From Anaerolineales bacterium (GTDB taxonomy: Bacteria > Chloroflexota > Anaerolineae > Anaerolineales > UBA6663): a stretch of 33,593 nucleotides of DNA. The stretch lies in the NCBI GenBank assembly GCA_034435515.1, contig DAOTXG010000529.1, positions 1 through 33,593 on the forward strand, in the 5' to 3' direction. The stretch's first letter is position 1. Every line of letters starts with the position of its first letter. Under the pieces are notes generated by a model that saw nothing but the letters and a program-made list of their open reading frames with translations, was not told where the DNA came from and searched no databases. The position numbers and the translations under genes are program-made. Of this stretch, positions 7,751-15,775 are shown piece by piece.

Positions 7751-8578
7751 TCATCCGCCGCTCGTCACGCTCCTCTGCCGCGCCGCCTCGTACAACAGCA
7801 GCGCCGTCGCCGTCGCCACATTCAGCGAATTGACCTTGCCGCGCATGGGAATGCGCACGGCGAGATCGGCCTTCTCCAGCCAGAGATTGCTCAGCCCCTT
7901 ATCCTCCGTGCCGACGGCAAGGGCAACCGGCCCGCGTAAGTCGCTTTCGGTGTAATTGACGGCGGCCTGCGGCGTGGCAGCGACGATCTTGATCCCCCGT
8001 TCGCGCAGCCACGTCAACGCCTCCGCTCCTGCCGCTTCTGCCACCGGGACGGTAAAAAGCGCCCCACGGCTGGCGCGCACGACGTTCGGGTTGTACACGT
8101 CCGTCGCCGGGTCGCAGACGATCACGCCATCCACGCCAGCGGCGTCGGCAGAGCGGAGGATCGCGCCCAGGTTGCCCGGTTTTTCAACCGCCTCGGCGAC
8201 GACGAGCAGCGGGGCGGCGCTCAGGGTCAGGTCGGCGAGGCGGCGGCGAGGCGCGGGCGCGATTGCCAGCCAGCCATCGGGATTCTCGCGGTAAGCCATC
8301 TTCTCGAAAACGGCCTTGGCAACCTCGAGGAGTTCTGCGCCTGAGGCCTGGGCTTGTTTTAAGAGTGTTGCGTCCCAAAGGGATGCTTCGCGATGTTGCG
8401 TGTTCCGTATCAGGGAGGGGCAAACGAAGATCGTTTGGGGGCGGAGGCCGCTCGCCAGCGCCAGGGATAGTTCGTCGTGTCCCTCGATCAGCATCAGGCC
8501 GTCGCGTTCGCGCTGGCGTCGCTCGCGCAGCCTCACGGCGTGTTTGACCTTCGGGTTATTTGGGCTGGTGATGACCAC
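7751..8578 (-). CDS. TrmH/SpoU family RNA 2'-O-methyltransferase (RlmB-like)
   Basis: SpoU motifs VEKPGNLGAILRSADAAGVDGVIV and IPMRGKVNSLNVATATALLLYE. GTG start. Confidence 0.88.
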   Translation of the reverse strand: MVITSPNNPKVKHAVRLRERRQRERDGLMLIEGHDELSLALASGLRPQTIFVCPSLIRNTQHREASLWDATLLKQAQASGAELLEVAKAVFEKMAYRENPDGWLAIAPAPRRRLADLTLSAAPLLVVAEAVEKPGNLGAILRSADAAGVDGVIVCDPATDVYNPNVVRASRGALFTVPVAEAAGAEALTWLRERGIKIVAATPQAAVNYTESDLRGPVALAVGTEDKGLSNLWLEKADLAVRIPMRGKVNSLNVATATALLLYEAARQRSVTSGG

Positions 8579-8619
8579 GGGCCGGGCGCTCCTCTATACG
8601 TCCCTAATCCTACCACAGC

Positions 8620-8715
8620 GCTGGTGATTGCAGACAAATTACGCTCGCGGCGGATTTGTAATCCGCCGCCGGATTACAAATCCGGCGGGAGCCAGAGATG
8701 TGAATAATCACCAGC
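8620..8715. repeat. 96-nt nested inverted-repeat element
   Basis: Outer perfect 10-bp inverted repeat GCTGGTGATT / AATCACCAGC. Core CGGATTTGTAATCCG-ccgc-CGGATTACAAATCCG. Confidence 0.85.
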
Positions 8716-8789
8716 ATAGTGGAATGGCGTTGGACTGAAAACGGAAATATAATCCGGTATCACTTTGAAGCAGAGCAAAGGAGATCACT

Positions 8790-9077
8790 ATGTCCGTCCT
8801 GGTCACAATGCGCGTCAAGGTAAAAGATTTTGCTGGCGTCAAGGCGGCGATGGCCAAGTATGCCGATGACATGAAGCGCGCCGGTTGTCATTGGGCCAAA
8901 GTCTACCGCGCGGAAAAAGACCCCAACGACGTGCTGTTCCTGATGGAATGGGAGAGCCACGACGCCTTCAACGCCTCGGGCGAAGAGAGCGGCGAGGATT
9001 TCAACGCGCTCGTCCAGCCCGCCGGCGAGTGGGACGACGTCGTCTGGCATCTGTCGGATGCCGTCGAGGTGAAGTAG
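8790..9077 (+). CDS. small ABM/Dabb-like (antibiotic biosynthesis monooxygenase-type) protein
   Basis: 95 aa with AAGGAG 6 nt upstream of the ATG. The pattern of alternating strands and ..LFLMEWESHDAFNA.. is typical of ABM domains. The family call is tentative. Confidence 0.55.
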   Translation: MSVLVTMRVKVKDFAGVKAAMAKYADDMKRAGCHWAKVYRAEKDPNDVLFLMEWESHDAFNASGEESGEDFNALVQPAGEWDDVVWHLSDAVEVK

Positions 9078-9078
9078 G

Positions 9079-9129
9079 CCGGTTTCCTAGACCCTAAGGG
9101 TCTCTGAGACCCTTAGGGTCTGAAACCGG
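9079..9129. repeat. nested double palindrome (AGACC-CTAAG-GGTCT ctg AGACC-CTTAG-GGTCT) with an outer CCGGTTTC/GAAACCGG clamp
   Basis: Read directly. Lies 2 nt after the ABM gene stop and is followed by AAGTTCTTTTT. Confidence 0.9.
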
Positions 9130-9168
9130 GAAGTTCTTTTTGGACAGTCCCATAGGTTTTTGCTGCTC

Positions 9169-9903
9169 ATGAATGGTCTGATGGCGCTGGTCGGAGCGGG
9201 AGAATACCTCCCCACGATGGATGTGATAGACCGCCGGCTGCTGGCCGAGGCGGCCCACCAGCCTCCGCGCGTCGTCTGCATCCCGGCGGCGGCGGGGCAG
9301 GAAGGCGAGGCCAGCCTGGCCCGCTGGACGGAGATGGGCGTGACTCATTTTCGCCGCCTGGGGGCCGAGGCCGAGTGCGCCTGCATCGCCGACCGGGCTT
9401 CAGCCGACGATCCGCAGTGGGCCGCGCTGATCGAGGCCGCCGATTTGATCTACTTCTCGGGCGGCGATCCCCTTTACTTGTACCGCGTATTAGAGGGCGC
9501 ACGCGCCTGGCGCGCGGTCGAGGCGGCGTGGGCGCGCGGGGCGATCTTCGCCGGCTGCTCGGCCGGGGCGATGGTTCTCGGCGTGGTCGTCCCCGACGTG
9601 AACGACGAAAATTTCCCCTTTTATCCGGCGTTCGGCAAACTCCCGAACTGCCTGATCATGCCTCATTTCGACCGGTTGGAAACCTACCGCCCTGGACTGA
9701 CCACCCACATCCAGAGTCGCCTGGCCGACGGCCAGTACGGCCTGGGAATTGACGAGCACACCGCGTTCATCGGGCGGCTCGGCGGCGAATGGGAAGTGAT
9801 GGGGGCTGGCGGCGTTTCGATTTTGACGCGCGACCGGATCGTGAGTTATCGGGCTGGAAGCCGTCTGCGATTGCCTGACGGCCAGAGACCTGTGAGGTCT
9901 TAG
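9169..9903 (+). CDS. S51 family peptidase (peptidase E / cyanophycinase-like)
   Basis: FSGGDPLYL, FAGCSAGAMVLG (Ser nucleophile context) and MPHFD motifs. Start ambiguous: TTG 9160, ATG 9169 or ATG 9181. Confidence 0.75.
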   Translation: MNGLMALVGAGEYLPTMDVIDRRLLAEAAHQPPRVVCIPAAAGQEGEASLARWTEMGVTHFRRLGAEAECACIADRASADDPQWAALIEAADLIYFSGGDPLYLYRVLEGARAWRAVEAAWARGAIFAGCSAGAMVLGVVVPDVNDENFPFYPAFGKLPNCLIMPHFDRLETYRPGLTTHIQSRLADGQYGLGIDEHTAFIGRLGGEWEVMGAGGVSILTRDRIVSYRAGSRLRLPDGQRPVRS

Positions 9904-9918
9904 AGACCTCACAGGTCT
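9886..9918. repeat. nested double palindrome (AGACC-TGTGA-GGTCT tag AGACC-TCACA-GGTCT)
   Basis: Read directly. The 3-nt centre TAG is the stop codon of the S51 peptidase gene. Confidence 0.9.
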
Positions 9919-9949
9919 GGCGAATCGGGCGAAAACCCGTCCTGTAAAG

Positions 9950-11134
9950 TCAGTGTTTCTCACCGATCAGGCGGGTGCTGGCTGCGTTGACAAGCGGGGA
10001 CAGGGCCAGGTTAGCTATGAAGACCGTCAAGACGGCCAGGAAAGTGTCAGTCCAGCCCAGGGTTGGCAGATTAGAGCGCAGACTTAGCAGGGGCAAGGCC
10101 AGCGCCGCATAACCGAGAGTGAAGGCCGCTGCCATGCCCAAGTTCCGAGCCGGGAGCGAAAGAATCTTTTCCCACGGGACAGCGTCCAATAAGACTGCGC
10201 CAAGGATGAACCACAGCGGCATGAGCGGCATGAGGTTGCCAGTGAGACCCAGTCCGAAAGTGACGCCCAAACGTATGGTATAGAAGATGGCGGCAGCGAT
10301 GGTGGCTGCCCAGTGGAAAGCCGTCAGGCGTTTGGCAAGGATCAGCGTAACGAACGCCAGGCCACCGCCCACCAGGGGGTAGGCCCAGAGAGGACGCGCC
10401 TCAACCAGAGGGGAACGAAAACCGGGCAGTTCCCACTCCAGTACGCCAATCAGGTAGGCCACGTTCAGCATCAAGGCCAGCATCGTTAATATAAGCGCGT
10501 CCCTCCACGCAGGTCGTTGCATGGCCGGACGGGTCTGGCGCAAAAGGCCCAGAGCGCAGATGAGGACAGTCGCGTTAGTTACACCAATCAACACGTGCGG
10601 CGGACTCCAGGCGGTCAGGTCAATACCGTACAGCTCATGCCACAAGGCGTCGCCAGGGATCGCCATCAACATATAGACCGAGGCCAGGGCCACTGCGCCG
10701 AGGTAGGGGGTGCGGCGCACCCATTGGCGCGGATCACGCACACCCGCCTGCCATTGAGGCCCGGCGACGATGCCGATCGCGGCTAGAGCGACGACAAACG
10801 CGACAAAGAAGGAGCCGTAAATCATGATATGGGGAGGCCAGAGAAAGTCGGCCCCGGCCGGAATTTCGCCCGTTTTTAAGTGCATACTGGCGTCCCACAG
10901 CGCGCCGATGACCAGTTGGGCTGCCGAGAAAGTCAGCAACCCGGCAAACCAACCGGCCAGACGGGGCGAGGGCCTGGCGACGGCCACCGTTGGCGACTTC
11001 GTCGGCGACAGATACAGCCACCAGGCCGAAACGACAATGAACGCCGCCGCTGCGCTGGTGAAGCCCAGCGCCTGCCAGAAAAGCGGGTCACTCGTCACAC
11101 CGGGCGGGACAGAATCAAGCGGAAATTGAGGCAT
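9950..11134 (-). CDS. polytopic integral membrane protein, function unknown
   Basis: 394 aa with about 10-11 hydrophobic helices. AAAGGAG RBS upstream of the ATG at 11134. His-containing motifs WDASMHL and WHELYGIDLTAWSPPH. Confidence 0.8.
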   Translation of the reverse strand: MPQFPLDSVPPGVTSDPLFWQALGFTSAAAAFIVVSAWWLYLSPTKSPTVAVARPSPRLAGWFAGLLTFSAAQLVIGALWDASMHLKTGEIPAGADFLWPPHIMIYGSFFVAFVVALAAIGIVAGPQWQAGVRDPRQWVRRTPYLGAVALASVYMLMAIPGDALWHELYGIDLTAWSPPHVLIGVTNATVLICALGLLRQTRPAMQRPAWRDALILTMLALMLNVAYLIGVLEWELPGFRSPLVEARPLWAYPLVGGGLAFVTLILAKRLTAFHWAATIAAAIFYTIRLGVTFGLGLTGNLMPLMPLWFILGAVLLDAVPWEKILSLPARNLGMAAAFTLGYAALALPLLSLRSNLPTLGWTDTFLAVLTVFIANLALSPLVNAASTRLIGEKH

Positions 11135-11157
11135 GGATGACTCCTTTGATCTGGCTT

Positions 11158-11186
11158 TTGTCTTGCAACTCCCTCAGTGCTACAAT
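11158..11186 (+). promoter_or_regulatory. sigma-70-type promoter for the LysM gene
   Basis: TTGTCT, 17-bp spacer, TACAAT with an upstream TGC (extended -10). Confidence 0.5.
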
Positions 11187-11259
11187 CCGCCGTAGATAGG
11201 CCGGATATGTTCCGTCAGGCCATATCTGGTGTATAAGCGTGTTGCAAAGGAGAGAAGCA

Positions 11260-12483
11260 ATGAGAAAAATGCGCTCTATTCTGGCCGGCGGCCCCGGGCT
11301 GGCTGCTGCGCTGGCGTTAATCTTTGGGCTGGCTGCCCAGTTGGGAGCGGCGCAGGCTGCCCCGGCGGCGCAAACCGAGGGGCAGTTCATCACCGTCATG
11401 GTGAAACCCGGCGAAAGCCTGGTCACCTACGTCCGGCTTTACGGCGTCACCGGGTCCGCCCTGCTGGCGGTGAATAACCTGAAAGACCCGCACGTGATCT
11501 TCCCCGGCCAGGTACTGACCATCCCGGTGATCGCCACCTTCACGCCCAGCCTGACCACGCCATTCTTCTACGTCGCCCAGACCGGCGACACGTTCGCCTT
11601 GCTGGGCCTCCGGTTCGAGATGGATGCGAATACCATCATCAACGCGAACGGCGGCAAATCGGCTATCGTGGTCGGCGCGACTTACCTCATCCCCGCCGGG
11701 CCGCACGAGCACATCGTCCGGGCCGGCGAGACGCTGAGGCTCATCGCCGCGCGCTACGGAGTGACGGTCGAATTCTTGCTGACAGGCAACTCGCTGCCCA
11801 ACCCGGATTTCATCTATCCCGGACAGAGGATTTTCGTCCCGATCATCTACGGCGCGAAACCGGTGCCGCTGACTGTCGCCGGGCCGTCGCCGACGCCGAC
11901 GAGCGCGGGGACGCCCGCGCCAACGGCTGTGGCGACAGCCACGCCCGCGGCCTCCGCCACCCCAGGCGCCACGCCGGGCAATCCGAACTTCATCACCACG
12001 GAGGTACGCCGGGGTGAGAGTTTCCTGACCTACTCCTTGCGCTACGGCGTGCGGGGCGTTGCGCTGCGCGCGGCCAACCCGCACATCAAGGACCCCAACG
12101 TCCTCTTTCCCGGTCAGACGATTATCATCCCGGTGGAGAAGTCGTTCACCCCCAGCCGGACGACGCCGTTCTATTACGTCGTGGGCGCGGGCGAGACGAG
12201 CGCGACGATTGGCGCGAAGTTCGAGATGAGCCCGAACCTCCTCCTCCAGGCCAACCCCGGCGTGACCTTCACGGCCGGGACGACGATCCTGGTCCCGGCC
12301 GGGCCGCATCTATACCCGGTCCAACCGGGTGACACGCTGAAAATCATCGCCGCCAAGTACGGAACGACCGTCGAGTTTTTGCTGACCGGCAACTCGGTGC
12401 CCAACCCGGACTTTATTTACCCCGGCCAGGTTATTTTCGTCCCCATCCTCTACGGCGCGAAACCCTTGCCGTTCACGCCATAA
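11260..12483 (+). CDS. secreted LysM-repeat protein (2 x 3 LysM-like modules, internal duplication)
   Basis: Signal peptide [33 protein letters not shown]. Repeated ..G(E/D)(S/T)L..IA..YG......L...N.L.....I.PGQ.(L/I).(I/V)P modules. AAGGAG 7 nt upstream of the ATG at 11260. Two halves are joined by a P/T/A-rich linker. Confidence 0.9.
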   Translation: MRKMRSILAGGPGLAAALALIFGLAAQLGAAQAAPAAQTEGQFITVMVKPGESLVTYVRLYGVTGSALLAVNNLKDPHVIFPGQVLTIPVIATFTPSLTTPFFYVAQTGDTFALLGLRFEMDANTIINANGGKSAIVVGATYLIPAGPHEHIVRAGETLRLIAARYGVTVEFLLTGNSLPNPDFIYPGQRIFVPIIYGAKPVPLTVAGPSPTPTSAGTPAPTAVATATPAASATPGATPGNPNFITTEVRRGESFLTYSLRYGVRGVALRAANPHIKDPNVLFPGQTIIIPVEKSFTPSRTTPFYYVVGAGETSATIGAKFEMSPNLLLQANPGVTFTAGTTILVPAGPHLYPVQPGDTLKIIAAKYGTTVEFLLTGNSVPNPDFIYPGQVIFVPILYGAKPLPFTP

Positions 12484-12507
12484 GGCGCCTTCCCGGCCTC
12501 GGCGCCG

Positions 12508-12537
12508 CCCTCCCGCAGGCCTAAACCTGCGGGAGGG
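12508..12537. terminator. hairpin between the convergent LysM and guaB genes (possible bidirectional terminator)
   Basis: Perfect 12-bp stem CCCTCCCGCAGG / CCTGCGGGAGGG with a 6-nt loop. It fills most of the 55-nt convergent spacer. No clear U-tract. Confidence 0.5.
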
Positions 12538-12538
12538 A

Positions 12539-13990
12539 CTACAGTTTCTGCACGTCGTGCGCGCCGCTTTCGCGCGCCCCCGCCGCCGACATCTGAATAA
12601 ACTCGGCGTTCTGCTGCAGTTCGCTGAGGCAGGTCGCGCCGGCGTAACTCAGTCCGGAGCGCAGCCCACCCACCAGCTGATGCAGAATATCGGTCACCGT
12701 CCCACGATAGGGGACGACGGCTTCCACGCCCTCCGGGACGACCTGTTCCCAGTCCTCCGGGTTCACCTCGCCGCCTTTCTCCATGGCCTGCCGGTCCACG
12801 TTGGCGGTCAGCGAGGCCATGCCGCGCACCACCTTGAAGCGCCGCCCGTCCCGCACTACGCTCGCGCCGGGACTCTCTTCCGTCCCGGCCAGCAGACTGC
12901 CGATCATCACCGTATCCGCGCCAGCCGCCAGGGCCTTGGTGAGGTCGCCGCTGTTGCGGATGCCGCCGTCGGCGATGAGCGGAACGCCGGCGGCCCGCGC
13001 GGCTTCCGCGCAATCCATGATGGCCGTGAGCTGCGGCACGCCAAACCCGGTGACCACGCGGGTGATGCAGATGGAACCCGCGCCCACGCCCACTTTCACC
13101 GCATCCGCTCCGGCCTCAGCCAGATCGCGCACGCCCTCGGCGGTGGCGACGTTCCCGGCGATCACCTCGGCTTCCGGGAAGCGGCGCTTGAGTTCGCGCA
13201 CCACCCTGAGCGCGTGTTCGGAATGTCCATGGGCGATGTCTACCACCAGCACGTCAGCCCCCGCCGCCACGCAGGCCTCCGCGCGGGCCACGTCCGAGGC
13301 GCGCACGCCGACCGCCGCCGCCACGCGCAGCCGCCCTTTGGAGTCTTTGGCGGCCAGGGGGTGCTTTTGCAGCTTGATGATATCCTGCGCCGTGATCAGG
13401 CCGACGACGCGCCCGTTCGCGTCCACCAGCGGCAGTTTCTCGATGCGGTGCTCGTGCAGGAGCGTCCTGGCGGTTTCGAGGACGGCGCCATTCGCCGCCG
13501 TCACCGTGATCAGTTGCGCGCGCGGCGTCATCACCGTCTCCACTGCCGCCAGGGGGTCGGGCGCCAGCAGAACGTCGCGCGTGGTCAACATGCCCAGCAG
13601 CTGCCCTTCGCTCCCGGCGACCATCAGGCCGCCGATGCCGCTCTGGGCCATGGCCTCCCGCGCGGCCTGCACCGTGGCCGTCGGCGCAATGGTCGCGGGG
13701 GACTCGACCACGTACGACTCGGCTCGCTTGACGCGGGCCGCTTCGGCGGCCTGGCGTTCGGCGCTCATGAAGCGGTGAATCGCGCCCAGCCCCCCGGCGC
13801 GCGCCATGGCAATCGCCATCGCCGATTCGGTCACGGTGTCCATGTTCGCGCTGATGATCGGGATCGCCAGTTTGATGCGGCGCGTCAGCTGGGCGTTGGT
13901 ATTGACCGCCGCGCGGCTGGCGATGGCCGAGCGTTTGGGGACGAGCAGGACGTCGTCGAAGGTCAGGCCAGGTGTTTCGCGGATTTTCAT
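12539..13990 (-). CDS. guaB: IMP dehydrogenase
   Basis: [14 protein letters not shown]-terminus, CBS pair, catalytic loop [12 protein letters not shown], and GGIRNSGD. Confidence 0.96.
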   Translation of the reverse strand: MKIRETPGLTFDDVLLVPKRSAIASRAAVNTNAQLTRRIKLAIPIISANMDTVTESAMAIAMARAGGLGAIHRFMSAERQAAEAARVKRAESYVVESPATIAPTATVQAAREAMAQSGIGGLMVAGSEGQLLGMLTTRDVLLAPDPLAAVETVMTPRAQLITVTAANGAVLETARTLLHEHRIEKLPLVDANGRVVGLITAQDIIKLQKHPLAAKDSKGRLRVAAAVGVRASDVARAEACVAAGADVLVVDIAHGHSEHALRVVRELKRRFPEAEVIAGNVATAEGVRDLAEAGADAVKVGVGAGSICITRVVTGFGVPQLTAIMDCAEAARAAGVPLIADGGIRNSGDLTKALAAGADTVMIGSLLAGTEESPGASVVRDGRRFKVVRGMASLTANVDRQAMEKGGEVNPEDWEQVVPEGVEAVVPYRGTVTDILHQLVGGLRSGLSYAGATCLSELQQNAEFIQMSAAGARESGAHDVQKL

Positions 13991-14051
13991 AAGCGCCTCG
14001 GCGGGAGAGAGTTGAGCCTGTTGTCAATCGTACCACACTTGCCGCGGGCAG

Positions 14052-14084
14052 AGACCGACGCGGTCTCCAAAACCGCGTCGGTCT
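14052..14084. repeat. nested double palindrome (AGACC-GACGC-GGTCT cca AAACC-GCGTC-GGTCT), copy 1
   Basis: Read directly. A near-identical copy lies at 21150-21182. Confidence 0.9.
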
Positions 14085-14103
14085 GCTCACTCCTCTCACT
14101 CCT

Positions 14104-14204
14104 GTGTGCACGCAAACGTTGTCAGGCGGCCCCGTTCTGCCGCAGTTGCACTGCGGCCAGGCCGCTGTCAGCAGTGCAACGGCTGACAAACTTTGCGTGC
14201 ACAC
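14104..14204. repeat. 101-nt inverted-repeat element with 22-nt terminal inverted repeats and CTCACTCCT flanking direct repeats (MITE-like)
   Basis: GTGTGCACGCAAACGTTGTCAG (14104-14125) versus the complement of CTGACAAACTTTGCGTGCACAC (14183-14204), 20/22 matching. CTCACTCCT occurs at 14086, 14095 and 14204. Confidence 0.7.
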
Positions 14205-14345
14205 TCACTCCTTGCCGCAATAGTCGATTCGGCTTTCTGTGGTATCATAAATATAATTGTGTCGAGGGGCCGCGCCACAGTCCCGCTCATGGGCCTGAGC
14301 GGCTTTTCCGTCACGGCCCGCCCAGCCGTTCTAAAGGAGCCGAAA

Positions 14346-14687
14346 ATGCAAGTGAAATTGTACGTCGGGAATTTGTCGTATACCACGACCGAAGATGATC
14401 TGCGCACGCTGTTTGCCCAGGCGGGGACGGTGGCTTCGGTGGCGCTAATCAAGGACCGCGAGACCGGCCGTTCCAAGGGCTTCGGTTTTGTGGAAATGTC
14501 CACGCAGGTCGAAGCGCAGAAGGCCATCAGTATGTTCAATGGCTTTACGCTGGGTGAGCGTGAACTGACGGTGAACCCGGCCCGGCCCCGCGAGGAACGC
14601 GGCGGCGGCGGCGGCGGCGGCTTCGGAGACCGGCGGGGCGGGGGCGGACGACGCGACCGGCGGCGCGGCGGCTCACGCCGCTATTAG
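14346..14687 (+). CDS. RRM-type RNA-binding protein with Gly/Arg-rich tail
   Basis: RNP2 LYVGNL and RNP1 KGFGFVEM. C-terminal RGGGGGGGFGDRRGGGGRRDRRRGG. AAGGAG 7 nt upstream of the ATG at 14346. Confidence 0.93.
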   Translation: MQVKLYVGNLSYTTTEDDLRTLFAQAGTVASVALIKDRETGRSKGFGFVEMSTQVEAQKAISMFNGFTLGERELTVNPARPREERGGGGGGGFGDRRGGGGRRDRRRGGSRRY

Positions 14688-15722
14688 TTCACCCTCCGTC
14701 GCCAGCTGTCCGCAGCCGGCGTTGATGTCAATCCCCCGCCGCACGCGGATGGTGCAGGGGAGGCCGTGCTGTTCGAGGCTGGCTTTGAAGGCGGCGGCGC
14801 GTTCGCGGGTGGCGGCCTGCCCGGCGTAATCGCGGGTGGGATTGAGGGGGATAACGTTGACGTGGCACGGCAGGCCCTGCGCCAGTTTGGCCAAAGCGCG
14901 GGCCTGTTCCGGCGTGTCGTTCTTCCCCTGAATCAGCGCCCATTCGAAGGTGACGCGGCGTTTCGTCGCCGCGTAGTATTTCCGTACGGCTTCAAACAGC
15001 GCCGCCAGCGGATATTTCTTGTTGATCGGCAGCAGTTCCGTCCGTAACTCGTCGGTGGCGGCGTGGAGCGACACGGCCAGGTTGACCTGCCGTTTTTCCG
15101 CGGCGAAGCGCTCGATCATCGGCGCGAGGCCGACCGTCGAGAGGGTGATCCGCCGCGCGCCGAAATTGAAACCCTCCGGGTCGCCCAGGCGGTCCACAGC
15201 CGCCATCGTCGCCTCGTAGTTGTGGAACGGCTCGCCCATGCCCATGAGGACGACGTTCGTCAGCCGGTCGTTCTTCTGTCTCAGTTCTCGCGCGAACCAC
15301 AACACCTGCTCCACGATCTCGCCGGCGCTCAGGTGGCGGCGAAAGCCCATTTGCCCGGTGGCGCAGAACACGCACCCCATGCCGCACCCGGCCTGCGTCG
15401 AGATGCAGGCCGTCCGGCGCTTCACGTAACCCATCAGCACCGTTTCAATCGCTTTGCCGTCCGGCAGGCGGAAAAGGATTTTGCGCGTCTGCCTGTCCGA
15501 CGACCTGGCCTCCGCCGCCGGCGTCAGGCTGCCGAAGGCAAACTCGTTGTGGAGCCTGTCGCGCAGTCGCTTGGGGATGGTCGTGATTTCTTCAGGCGAG
15601 GCTGCCAGGTCCCGGTAAAGCCCTCGCCAGACCTGCCGGGCGCGGTAGGAGGGTTCACCCCAGGCGGCCAGCCTGTCGGCCAGGCTGGGGCCGGTGAACT
15701 CGTAAATGGAAAGCATCGTCAT
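14673..15722 (-). CDS. rlmN: 23S rRNA/tRNA (adenine-C2)-methyltransferase, radical SAM, RlmN
   Basis: CGMGCVFCATGQMGF radical-SAM cluster, YRARQVW N-terminal motif and C-terminal GCGQL. Confidence 0.93.
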   Translation of the reverse strand: MTMLSIYEFTGPSLADRLAAWGEPSYRARQVWRGLYRDLAASPEEITTIPKRLRDRLHNEFAFGSLTPAAEARSSDRQTRKILFRLPDGKAIETVLMGYVKRRTACISTQAGCGMGCVFCATGQMGFRRHLSAGEIVEQVLWFARELRQKNDRLTNVVLMGMGEPFHNYEATMAAVDRLGDPEGFNFGARRITLSTVGLAPMIERFAAEKRQVNLAVSLHAATDELRTELLPINKKYPLAALFEAVRKYYAATKRRVTFEWALIQGKNDTPEQARALAKLAQGLPCHVNVIPLNPTRDYAGQAATRERAAAFKASLEQHGLPCTIRVRRGIDINAGCGQLATEGELIAA

Positions 15723-15724
15723 GC

Positions 15725-15775
15725 GTAAAACGCAATGCGTAAAACGTAAATTACGTTTTACGTTCTGCGTTTTAC
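15725..15775. repeat. 25-nt-arm hairpin built from GTAAAAC/GTTTTAC heptamers
   Basis: The arms 15725-15749 and 15751-15775 are complementary at 22/25 positions. The hairpin fills the TPR-rlmN spacer and overlaps the TPR stop codon. Confidence 0.9.

Noticed and set aside
12557-14398. 613-aa plus-strand ORF (with nested 331-aa and 316-aa ORFs) across the guaB region
   Set aside because: It is antisense to an unmistakable IMP dehydrogenase gene. Its translation is Arg/Ala/Gly/Pro-rich low-complexity sequence typical of off-frame ORFs in GC-rich DNA. There is no RBS and no recognisable motif.
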